A program made the translations under genes and the position numbers. Under the pieces are notes generated by a model. That model was not told where the DNA came from. It did no database searches and saw only the letters and a program-made list of their open reading frames with translations. A stretch of 64,000 nt of DNA from an uncultured Clostridia bacterium. GTDB lineage: Bacteria > Bacillota > Clostridia > TANB77 > CAG-508. This document shows, one piece after another, positions 19,592-31,678 of this stretch (its first letter is position 1; each line of letters begins with the position of its first letter). The stretch covers positions 8,232 through 72,231 of the forward strand of contig CANRPS010000002.1 of assembly GCA_947632585.1 (NCBI GenBank). The letters run 5' to 3'.

Positions 19592-22248
19592 TTATTTTAG
19601 ATTTTTTAATAATTCTTTGTATTTTTCAAGCTTTTCTTTCTCTTCTTTAATTTTAGCCTCAGGAGCTTTATTAACAAAACCAGGATTAGAAAGCATTTTT
19701 TCAGCTCTTTCTATTTCAAACTCAATTTTTTTACGTTCTTCTTCTTTTCTTTTAGCTTCTTCTTCCAAATCAATTAAACCTTCTAGAGGCATATATAAGC
19801 TCAAAGAATCATCAACAATACTTATTGCATTTGGTTCAATACCATCTTTATCCTTTTTTACAATTAAGTTATTTCCAAAACCAAGCTTTAAAATAAAATC
19901 TTTAGATTTTATTAACTCATTTTGATATTTAGTAGTTACAAAAATTAAATCTACTTTCCTACTTGGGTGTACATTCATTTTAGCTCTAATATTACGGATT
20001 TCTACAATTATGTGTTTGATTTTTTCAACAAAATCTTCCTCTATATCATAATCAAATTTATCTTTAGACTCTGGCCAAGAAGACATCATTAAATCTATAT
20101 TATCATATTGAACTAAACTTCTATAAATTTTTGTAGTAACAAAAGGCATAAAAGGATGTAGTAATTTCATAGAAATTCTAAATACATAATCTAAAACATA
20201 ACATACTCTTATTTTGTCTTCTTCATTTTCACTATATATTCTAGGTTTAACCATTTCAATATACCAATCGCAGAATTCATCTCTAATAAATCCATATATT
20301 TTATCTAATGCTATACCTAAATCATAATTTTCGATATTTCCAGTAACTTCAAAAATTAATCTATCTAGTTTATTTATTATCCATTTATCTTCAATTGATA
20401 GGCTTTCGTTTTTATAAGTTTTTGTTTTCTCATCATAGTTTTTATTTTTGAATTCAAGTATTTTATCATTATCTACTAAATTCATTGTTATAAACTTAGC
20501 AGCATTCCAAATTTTGTTTGCAAAATTTGAAGCTTGTTCTAGTTTTTCAGGCATATATTTAATATCATTTCCCATAGTTGTTCCTGACATTACTGAAAAT
20601 CTTAAACTATCAGCTCCATACTTTTCAATAACCTCTAATGGATCAACACCATTTCCAAGAGTTTTAGACATTTTTCTTCCTAAACTATCACGAATAATTC
20701 CATGAATTAAAACATCTTTAAATGGTGGGATATCTGTGAACTCTAAACCTTGTGTCATCATCCTAGAAACCCAGAATGTAATTATATCAAATCCAGTAAC
20801 TAGTACATTAGTTGGATAAAATCTTTTATAATCTTCTGAATCTTTATTTGGCCACCCAAGAGTGGAAAATGGCCATAATGCTGAACTAAACCAAGTATCT
20901 AATGTATCTTCATCCTGATGTAAATTAGTAGATTCACATTTTTCACATTTTTGAGGTTTATTTTTTGAAACATTAATAAATCCACAATCATCACAATAAT
21001 AAGCAGGAATTCGATGTCCCCACCATAATTGACGGGATATACACCAATCTTGTATATTATCAAGCCAGTTAAAATATTGTTTTTCATATCTTTTAGGAAC
21101 AAACTTTGTTTCATTGTTTCTTACTGCATCTGCTGCTTTTTTGGCCAAATCTTTCATAGAAACAAACCATTGAACAGAAACTCTTGGCTCTAAAGTGCTT
21201 TTGCATCTTTCACATTTTGCAACATTATGTGTATAGTCTTCTGTTTTAACAAGAGCTCCTATTTTTTCTAGTTTTTGTACTATTATTTTACGCGCTTCTA
21301 ATAAATCCATACCCTTTAATTCGGGTAACAAATCTCCCATCTTTCCGTCATTATCAAAAACTTCAATTATTTCTAGATTATGTCTTAATCCAGTTTGATA
21401 GTCATTTATATCATGAGCAGGAGTTATTTTAACTGAACCAGTACCAAAATCTTTTTCAACAAAATCATCTGCAATAATTGGAATTTCTTTATTCATTAAA
21501 GGTAAAATACATTTTTTACCTACAACGTTCTTATATCTTTCGTCATCTGGATGTACAGCAACAGCTGTATCTCCAAGCATTGTTTCAGGTCTTGTGGTTG
21601 CAACTTCAATATAATTATCTTCACCTACTATTTTATAACGAATTGTCCAAAGATGAGAAGGTTCTTCTTTGTATTCAACTTCTGCATCTGAAATTGAGGT
21701 TTTGCAACTTGGACAATAATTTACCATTCTAGTGCCTTTATAGATAAGCCCTTTTTTATAAAGATCTACAAATTGTTCTAGAACTGCATCACTCATACCT
21801 TCGTCTAAGGTAAATCTAGTTCTTTTCCAATCACATGAACAACCTAATTTGCGTTGTTGCTCCTGTATTATTCCACCATATAAATGAGTCCAATCCCAGG
21901 CTTCCTCTAAAAATTTCTCTCTACCTAAATCTTGTTTTGTTTTTCCTTCTTTTTTTAGTTTTTCTACAACTTTCATTTCTGTTGAAATTGCTGCATGATC
22001 TGAACCAGGAAGCCAAAGAGTATCATATCCTTGCATACGTTTAAATCTTATTAGTATATCCTGAATTGTATCATCTAAGGCATGTCCCATATGTAATTTT
22101 CCTGTTACATTTGGAGGAGGCATCATTATACAATATGGAGTTTTTGACTTATCCATTGTGGGTTCGAAATAACCATTTTGTTCCCATTCTTTATATAGTT
22201 GTTCTTCAAAATCTTTTGGATTAAATGTTTTTTCTAAAATATTTTTAT
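19592..22248 (-). CDS. valS: Valine--tRNA ligase
   Basis: HIGH motif (PPPNVTGKLHMGHAL), KMSKS (KMSKTLGN), C-terminal coiled coil. About 885 aa from the ATG at complement 22248, which has RBS ggagg. Confidence 0.9.
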
Positions 22249-22422
22249 TTTCCATAAAAAATCCTCCAATAATATTTGTTACGCAAAATATTTTAACTCT
22301 AAATGATAAATCTGTCAATATTTACGGATAAAGAGGAAACAAGAAAAATAAAAAAGAATTTATCAAGTAAAATTCTTAATAAATTCTTTCAAAATATTTT
22401 AAACTAAATTTTTAAAATTTTA

Positions 22423-23106
22423 TTAATCTTTAGATTTACCAAACAATGATAAAATCCTTAAAAAGATATTAATAAAATCTAAATATAATTCCATAGCTCC
22501 ATAGACATATAATTTTTCGTCTTCACATATACCTTCGTCATGCATTATTTGAATTTTTTTAACATCATAAATAGTTAAACCAAAAAATATAAATAAAATA
22601 GCCCAATCAAGTACAATATCAAGAACTGAATTACCTATAAATAGATTAATGATGCTTAAAACTAAACCTATAAGAAGAGCTGTAAGAAGAATAGTTCCCC
22701 AATTTGAAACATCTTTTTTTGTTTTAGAACCAATAAAAGCAAGAGCTCCAAAAAGTGCAGCACTTCCAACAAATGCATATACAATAGAAGTCATTTGATA
22801 TGCTACAAATATAATAGATAAAGTAAATCCATTTAAAAATGCATATGCAAAATATAAAATAGTAACCATAGTAGGAGAAAGTTTTCTAAATGCTAAAGAA
22901 AAAACAATAACTACTACTAATTCTATAACTGCAAAAACTAAATATGTTCCATTTTGGAATAAATTCATCCAAAGTCCAGATGAATAAGCGTAAAAAGCTG
23001 TTATAGCACTTGCAAGTAGGCCTAAAAACATTCTAAAAAATGTATTTGTAAGAACTGAGTTCATGTCTAAAGAACGTATGGCTTCAGTGTCATTAAATTC
23101 TTCCAT
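22423..23106 (-). CDS. Bax inhibitor-1/YccA (TMBIM) family membrane protein
   Basis: Seven hydrophobic segments, about 227 aa, typical BI-1 family architecture. Confidence 0.65.
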   Translation of the reverse strand: MEEFNDTEAIRSLDMNSVLTNTFFRMFLGLLASAITAFYAYSSGLWMNLFQNGTYLVFAVIELVVVIVFSLAFRKLSPTMVTILYFAYAFLNGFTLSIIFVAYQMTSIVYAFVGSAALFGALAFIGSKTKKDVSNWGTILLTALLIGLVLSIINLFIGNSVLDIVLDWAILFIFFGLTIYDVKKIQIMHDEGICEDEKLYVYGAMELYLDFINIFLRILSLFGKSKD

Positions 23107-23204
23107 TAATTCACCACCTTTTCATTGAATAAGATTATAACATAATTTTAAGTATTAATCTATATTTTTTGTTAAAAAATATAAAAATAAAATACTTAAG
23201 GTAT

Positions 23205-23834
23205 TTATATATTGCTAAAATATTTAATTCCACGTTTAATAGCATTTGTTTTAAAAATTACTTTTCCATATTCGTCTAACTTACTTTTTAAAGTCATAGA
23301 ATCTCCAACTAAATTACAAAATTCAGAAATTGTAATGTAAAATAAATTTGAATATTTAAAATTAGTATCAATATTTAAAAACACTAAATAGTATGAATTT
23401 TTATACTCATATAGTGAAATTGTTTTTGCGAAACACTTTAAATCAGCTAGTTTTGAATTGCTACAATATGTACAAAAAGTGCAAAATTCTTCAAAGTTAT
23501 TAAATTTATAAATTGCATTTGTAAAAGAATTAGAAATAAGTCTTCTTTTAACTTTTAATTTTTTCTGAGAATAATCTTTAGATGGTTCATTTTTATACTT
23601 TGTTAGAGTAAATATAACATAACCCTCAGAAGTGAAACAAGCTTCAACAAAAAGTTTACAATTTTGAACTTTAAATCCTACTTGTTTTTCAGCTTCTTTT
23701 AATATATTTTGAAAAAGAGAATATGTTTTATTATTATTTTCTGTCAAATTATGCATATTGATATCTTTTTCAGGTAATTCTTCCAAATCTATAATTATTC
23801 TAATTTTATTATCAGTAAGTTTTTCAATTTTCAT
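23205..23834 (-). CDS. mecA: Adaptor protein MecA
   Basis: MKIEKLTDNKIRI N-terminus. C-terminal YYLVF ... LDEYGKVIF matches the MecA family. Confidence 0.7.
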   Translation of the reverse strand: MKIEKLTDNKIRIIIDLEELPEKDINMHNLTENNNKTYSLFQNILKEAEKQVGFKVQNCKLFVEACFTSEGYVIFTLTKYKNEPSKDYSQKKLKVKRRLISNSFTNAIYKFNNFEEFCTFCTYCSNSKLADLKCFAKTISLYEYKNSYYLVFLNIDTNFKYSNLFYITISEFCNLVGDSMTLKSKLDEYGKVIFKTNAIKRGIKYFSNI

Positions 23835-24100
23835 TTATAAAATATCCTCCTAAAATTATATGCTATAAAAATATAATACTAAAAATATTATAACATTAAA
23901 TAATTAATATTTAAAGGAACAATTTTTTCCATATAATATATAATATTATTTTAATATTTTTTTGTTTAATTAAAACCTAAAATACAATATCATAAAAAAT
24001 AAAAAAAATCCATATTTTGCTTGAAAAAAATATGAAATGCATATATAATATAAAAAGTTTTAAATAAGAAAATCCGTAAGGGAAACAAAGGAGGAGAACT

Positions 24101-24352
24101 GTGGGAAACAAAAACTTTTGGATATTATTAATATTTTTGTTATGTGGATTAGTAATTGGAGGATTAATAGGAGAATTAGCAGGCAATGTTAATTGGCTAT
24201 GGTGGTTATCTTATGGACAAAAATTTGGATTAGATACTCCATTTGTTTTAGATTTAAGAATAATATGTATAACTTTTGCGTTAACAATTAAAATAAATAT
24301 TGCAAGTATTATAGGGCTTGCGATAGCAATATTTTTATATAGAAAATTTTAA
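24101..24352 (+). CDS. DUF4321-like small membrane protein
   Basis: 83 aa, two TM helices, GTG start after RBS aggagg. Located upstream of radC-mreB as in Clostridia. Confidence 0.5.
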   Translation: MGNKNFWILLIFLLCGLVIGGLIGELAGNVNWLWWLSYGQKFGLDTPFVLDLRIICITFALTIKINIASIIGLAIAIFLYRKF

Positions 24353-24394
24353 TTTAAAAAAATAATAAAACTTAAGGGGCGGAAAGGATAAAAA

Positions 24395-26145
<1,751 letters not shown>

Positions 26146-26163
26146 AAGAAAGGATAAATTATT

Positions 26164-26979
26164 ATGCGTAGGAGTAAGAAGGGTGAAATTATTGGAATAA
26201 TTGTAACTATATTAATACTTACTTTATTAATAATATTAACCAATACAGAAAGTAGTAATTTATCATATATAGAAAATATTGCAAATAAATTGGTAAATCC
26301 AATTCAAAATGGACTTACTTATATGAAAAATAAAATACATGGAAATACATCTTTTTTTACTAACATAAATGATTTGAAAGCTGAAAATGAAAAATTAATA
26401 GAAAAAAATAATAAATTAGAAGAGACATTAAGAGAACTAGAGACCATAAAAGCTGAAAATGAAACATTAAAACAATACTTAAATTTATCTGAAAAGTATT
26501 CAGACTATAAAGCAATAGCTGCAGATGTAATTAGTAGAGACATAAGTAATTATTCAAAAACAATAGTTATAAATGCAGGCACAAATAGTGGAATTAGAGA
26601 AAATATGACAGTTATAGCAGCAGAAGGTCTAGTAGGATTTGTAATATCTGCAACAGATTCGACTGCAAAGGTTCAAACAATTGTAGATTCAGCAAGTAAC
26701 ACAAGTGCTATTTTAAGTTCTTCGAGGGATAGTGTTGTTTGCAAGGGTGTTTTAGAAAAAAAGAGAGAATTAAAAGCAGTATACATTCCAGTAGATGCAA
26801 ATGTTGCACAAGGAGATAAGGTTGAAACTTCAGGACTTGGCGGAATTTATCAAAAAGGTATATATATAGGTACAATATCAAAAGTTGTAAATACAACTAA
26901 CCTAAACGATAGATATGCTATGATAGAAACAGCAGTTGATTTTAACAAGTTAGAAACAGTATTAGTAGTTACAAACTAA
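26164..26979 (+). CDS. mreC: Rod shape-determining protein MreC
   Basis: N-terminal TM, coiled coil, C-terminal beta domain. Position after mreB. Confidence 0.75.
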   Translation: MRRSKKGEIIGIIVTILILTLLIILTNTESSNLSYIENIANKLVNPIQNGLTYMKNKIHGNTSFFTNINDLKAENEKLIEKNNKLEETLRELETIKAENETLKQYLNLSEKYSDYKAIAADVISRDISNYSKTIVINAGTNSGIRENMTVIAAEGLVGFVISATDSTAKVQTIVDSASNTSAILSSSRDSVVCKGVLEKKRELKAVYIPVDANVAQGDKVETSGLGGIYQKGIYIGTISKVVNTTNLNDRYAMIETAVDFNKLETVLVVTN

Positions 26980-26996
26980 AAAGAAATGAGAAAAAA

Positions 26997-27530
26997 ATGA
27001 AAAAATTTTTAATTAATTTATTATTAGTAGTAATTTTTATAATTATATATTTATTACAAATAAATGTATTTTCTTATCTTACTATATCTAGAATAATGCC
27101 AAATTTACTTGTTATATATGTTTTATTTATTGGACTATTCTATAGTAAAACTGCAGGTGTAACATATGGAATTGTTTTTGGATTATTAACAGATCTTTTT
27201 ATAGGAAGAAAAGTGGGTATTTCTGCTATAATGTTAGGTATAGTTGGACTAATAGGTGGAGTTTTTGATAAAAATTTTTCGAAAGAAAGTAGAATGACAA
27301 TAATGCTTATGGTTGTAGTATCTACTATTGTATATGAAATAGGCTCATATATGATAGGACATTTTATATATGACTATATTTGGGAAATAATACCATTTAT
27401 AAAAATATTACTAATAGAAAGTCTTTATAATGTAATTATAACAATTATTTTCTACCCACTAATGCAAAAATTTGGATATAAAATAGAAGAAGAATATAAA
27501 GGAAATAAGATTCTAACTAGATATTTTTAA
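26997..27530 (+). CDS. mreD: Rod shape-determining protein MreD
   Basis: Polytopic small membrane protein following mreC. Confidence 0.65.
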   Translation: MKKFLINLLLVVIFIIIYLLQINVFSYLTISRIMPNLLVIYVLFIGLFYSKTAGVTYGIVFGLLTDLFIGRKVGISAIMLGIVGLIGGVFDKNFSKESRMTIMLMVVVSTIVYEIGSYMIGHFIYDYIWEIIPFIKILLIESLYNVIITIIFYPLMQKFGYKIEEEYKGNKILTRYF

Positions 27531-27560
27531 AACTTTTTATAAAAGAAGGTGAGATATGAT

Positions 27561-29652
27561 TTGAAAAAGAAGATAAAAAAAGAATATACTAATTTTAGAT
27601 TTAATATATTAATAATTTTAGTATATCTTATAGGAATTATTTTAATTGTCTCATTATTTAATTTACAAATAGTAAAAGGAGCGGAATATAGAGAAACTTC
27701 TAATACAAGATTATCAAGGGAGAGTGTATTAGAAGCGGCTAGAGGAGAAATACTAGATAGATCCGGAAATGTTTTAGCAACGAATACGGAATCTTTTAAT
27801 ATAGAAATTTATAAAACGAAAACAGATGACGCAACTTTAAACAATTGTATATTAAACTTAATAAAATTGTTTGAAACTTATGGAGTAAACTATCCAGATA
27901 ATTTTCCGATAAACAAAGAATGCACGGAATTCAAATTAGAGGGTGAAAAATTAGCAAAATGGCTAAAAACTTATAAACTAAGTGAAACAGAAACAATTAA
28001 CAATGTGATTTCTTATTTTAAAGATAAATATGAGATAACTACTGAGAATATAGAAGAAATAAGAAAAATAATATCAATAAGGTACGAAATTAGCACAAAA
28101 GGATATAGCAGTACTAAATCTATAGAACTTGCGGAAAATGTACCAAGAGAAGTTATAGCACAAATTAGTGAAAGAAATTTTGATTTTCCTGGAGTTACAA
28201 TTACAACACAAAATTCTAGAAAATATAATTATGGTACACTTGCTTCACATATAATTGGTTATATTGGAAAAATAAATGAAGAAGAATATAAAGCTAATGA
28301 AGAGATATACAATAATGATGATTATGTAGGAAGAACGGGTATAGAATCTTTATTTGAGGATTATTTAAGAGGAGAAAAAGGTAAACAAGAAATAGAAATG
28401 TCTGTTGATGGAACGATTACAGGCGAAACTACAACAAAAGAGTCTGCTCAAGGCTCAACAATAGTGCTTACTATAGATTCTAAACTGCAATCAATAGCGG
28501 AAAATGCTCTTGCAAACAATATTAATAAAATTAGAAATGGTGGATTTGGAAGGTACTATGATGCAACAGGAGGAGCAGTTGTAGTAATTGATGTGAAAAC
28601 TGGAGAAATATTAGCAATGGCAAGTAATCCTGATTATGATCCAAATGTATGGGTTGGAGGAATCAGTCAAGATGAATACAATAAAATAAAAGAAGCTAAT
28701 TCATTATTTAATAAAGCAATATCAGGGTCATATGCACCAGGATCAATATTTAAAATGGCAACAGCACTTGCAGGTTTGGAAACAGGAGCTATATCAACTA
28801 CTGAAACTATATATGATAAAGGTATTTATGATAAATATCCAGATGATCCTAAAAAATGTTGGTATTATACAGACTATCATAGAGGACATGGAGCTTTAAA
28901 TGTTTCTGGCGCATTAGAGAATTCATGTAACTACTTTTTTTATGAAGTTGGTGATAGAATAGGTATAAGAACCTTAGGAAAATATGCAAAATATTTTGGA
29001 TTAGGTGTAAAAACAGGAATAGAACTTCCAAGTGAAACAGCTGGAACAATGGCATCTCCAGAAGTAATAGAAAAAAATGGAGAGGTTTGGACATCAGGAC
29101 TTACTCTATCTTCAGCAATTGGTCAAATTAGTGCTTTTTCTCCTATACAAATGGCAAAATATATTGCCATGGTTGCTAATAGAGGACAAAAAATAAATCC
29201 AACTATAATAAAAAGAATTATGAATGCTGATGGAACAGAGTCTTCAAGGGCAGAAATAAATGAATATACAAAGAATAAAGTGCGGATTAACAAACACTGA
29301 AGAAGAAAATCTAACATTTTCTCAAATAAATACTACTGCAGTATTGGAGGGAATGAAATCTGTTACAGAAGAAGGAACAGCAAGTTCTGTGTTTAGAAAT
29401 TTTAATATTCCTGTAGGTGGAAAAACAGGTTCGGCAGAAGCAGGAACAAAGGTCAATGCATGGTTTGCAGGATTTGCACCATATGATGACCCTGAAATCG
29501 CAGTGGTTGTGTTGGTTGAAAATGGAGGACATGGATATTATACAGCAGAAGTTGCAAAAGAAATCATAGCAGAATACTTTGGGATGAATATGAATGAAAA
29601 CGAAATAATAGAGAATAACGAAGCGATAAATTATGTAGAGACAATTCAATAG
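27561..29652 (+). CDS. mrdA: Penicillin-binding protein 2 (elongasome transpeptidase), interrupted at an in-frame CGG
   Basis: N-terminal TM and dimerisation domain. The downstream ORF carries the KTG motif (GGKTGSAE). ORFs 27549-29300 and 29260-29652 join if C-GGA at 29283 is read as Gly. The start is uncertain: GTG 27549 or TTG 27561. Confidence 0.7.
29283..29285 (+). other. In-frame CGG at a +1 junction (gtg CGG att aac; +1 gives V-G-L-T)
   Basis: Seen in sequence. Confidence 0.65.
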
Positions 29653-29675
29653 TATTTTATTTAAGGAGTGTAGCA

Positions 29676-30293
29676 ATGAAAAGTTGTATAAATGTAAGCC
29701 AAAAAAACAATCTTGTGTTAATAAAAATAAATAGTGAAGCTAGTTTTGAAGATATTGCTTTACAGATGAAAAAAAAGGTAATTCAATTAAAAAAAATATA
29801 TAAAGATGAAAAAACTCCAATAATGGTTACTGGCAAAGTATTAAAAAATAGAGAAATGGATGAAATAGAAAAAATAATTAAAGAAAAAATAGATGTAGAT
29901 GTAGACTTTGATATGCCAAAGGAATTAGGACTTCACAATATTAGAAGAACATTTACACAAGAGGTTTCTACTTCTGAAACAAAATTTCATAGGGGTTCTT
30001 TAAGATCTGGACAAAGAATAGAAGAAGAAGGTAGTATTGTAATTATTGGAGATGTAAATTCTGGTGCTGAAGTTGTTGCAGGAGATAATGTTATTGTACT
30101 AGGTGCTTTAAGAGGACTAGCTCATGCAGGTGCTAAAGGAAATGAGAAAGCAATTATAGCTGCAGGAAGATTGGATACTGTTCAAGTTCGTATAGCAAAT
30201 ATAGTTAAAGAACTTAACAGAGATGAAGAACCTCTTCACAAAGTATGTTATGTTTATGTACATCCAGAAAGAAATAGAATAGTGATAGAATAA
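29676..30293 (+). CDS. minC: Septum site-determining protein MinC
   Basis: C-terminal beta-helix motif SLRSGQRIEEEGSIVIIGDVNSGAEVVAGDNVIVLGALRG. Confidence 0.75.
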   Translation: MKSCINVSQKNNLVLIKINSEASFEDIALQMKKKVIQLKKIYKDEKTPIMVTGKVLKNREMDEIEKIIKEKIDVDVDFDMPKELGLHNIRRTFTQEVSTSETKFHRGSLRSGQRIEEEGSIVIIGDVNSGAEVVAGDNVIVLGALRGLAHAGAKGNEKAIIAAGRLDTVQVRIANIVKELNRDEEPLHKVCYVYVHPERNRIVIE

Positions 30294-30379
30294 AACTAAA
30301 AACTATTGAAAATATAATAGAAATATTATCGCAGGAATTAGCAAAAAAAGTGAGATTGTTAAATAGAAAATAAAAATGA

Positions 30380-30410
30380 GGACTAGAGTTTGAACTCTAG
30401 TCCATTTTAT
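30380..30410 (+). terminator. Rho-independent terminator after minC
   Basis: ggactagagtt/aactctagtcc stem plus T-tract. Confidence 0.65.
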
Positions 30411-30526
30411 ATTAAAATTAATAATAATAAGTAGTATAAAATTTAAAATATAAAAATATTTATATAATACATAAATAGAATGATAATAGAGAAGAAATGA
30501 TTTTATTATAGTTATTTGTCTAATCA

Positions 30527-30814
30527 TTAACTTAATAGTAAAAGTATTAGACTTAAAAATAGTTCATCATCTTTATTACCTTCCTGATATAAAAATATTA
30601 ATAAACATATAAGTAAAATATCATCGAAATAAAGTTTTAAACCAAACAATTCAAAAAAATATTTTTCATTTGACTGAGAAGTATTTTTTTCATTTTTAAT
30701 ATTTTTTTTGTTTTCTGTATCATTAGGGGAATTTGAACTAGAAGAATTTTGAGTATTTTTAAAATTATTATAATAATTTGGAGGACATATAAAAGGAAAA
30801 CGAAAATAAGGCAT
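30527..30814 (-). CDS. Hypothetical small protein with C-terminal hydrophobic segment
   Basis: 95-aa ORF, third gene of a minus-strand small-gene operon. Confidence 0.4.
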   Translation of the reverse strand: MPYFRFPFICPPNYYNNFKNTQNSSSSNSPNDTENKKNIKNEKNTSQSNEKYFFELFGLKLYFDDILLICLLIFLYQEGNKDDELFLSLILLLLS

Positions 30815-30818
30815 AATT

Positions 30819-31142
30819 TTAACCTCCTTTTTCGTTTTTTAATAAATTGGTTATTTTACTAATTTTAAATAAATTGATGTATTGATCAATCTTTTCTTGT
30901 CTAGTTTTTCTTAAATAAGGTTTTAAAGAATATAATAAATTACTTCTAGGATCATCTTTTTTATTTAAATCATCTATCATAGATTTCATTTTTAAAATAG
31001 TTTCGAAATCAATATTATTAAATGAATTATATGTATCCTGGCTTGTAGATACATCATTTGAAGATGTATCTGAACTATTTTTTAATATGTCAGCTAATTT
31101 TGATATCATTTCAGGAGTAATATTGATGTTATTTTCTTCCAT
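30819..31142 (-). CDS. Hypothetical protein
   Basis: 107 aa, RBS ggagg. No recognised domain. Confidence 0.45.
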   Translation of the reverse strand: MEENNINITPEMISKLADILKNSSDTSSNDVSTSQDTYNSFNNIDFETILKMKSMIDDLNKKDDPRSNLLYSLKPYLRKTRQEKIDQYINLFKISKITNLLKNEKGG

Positions 31143-31159
31143 AAAACCTCCTTTTCATG

Positions 31160-31312
31160 TTATTTATTTTCTTGATTATTTAAAGCCCTAATAATTTTTT
31201 GTTTTTCCTCAGGTCCTAGTATCTGATTTATTTGATTAAGTCCATTTTCTAATTGTTTTTTATCCATGGTATTTAATAATTTTATTAAATAAGAAATGTC
31301 ATTATTATTCAT
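31160..31312 (-). CDS. Unannotated small ORF (50 aa)
   Basis: ATG at complement 31312 preceded by agaggtga with correct spacing. Ends 15 nt before the next gene start. Confidence 0.4.
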   Translation of the reverse strand: MNNNDISYLIKLLNTMDKKQLENGLNQINQILGPEEKQKIIRALNNQENK

Positions 31313-31604
31313 ATTTTCACCTCTTTATAATATATTATGCTAAAAGAAAAATATGTGTTATTGTGATAAAAATACAAGGTAACATAAAAAAATTACAAAA
31401 AATACTAAAATTCTATTGCAAAAGCCCTAAAAATGCAGTATAATAAAGAGTATGGAGGCAAATTATGTCATAAAAAATATATTATATTTTTATTTGTAAT
31501 GAAATTGTAATATAAATTTAATAAAACTCTACTAAAAAAAACCTGAAATGAGCTTCCGTAAATGCAAAAAAATAGTTTATAACAAAAAGAAAAAAATAGT
31601 ACTC

Positions 31605-31632
31605 TTGACTAAAGAAAAACTTATTTTATAAT
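31605..31632 (+). promoter_or_regulatory. Sigma-A-type promoter for the giant surface protein gene
   Basis: ttgact at 31605-31610, 16-nt spacer, tataat at 31627-31632. Confidence 0.5.
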
Positions 31633-31678
31633 AAGAAATGATTAATTATAAATAAATCTCAAATAGGAGGAAAAAAAG

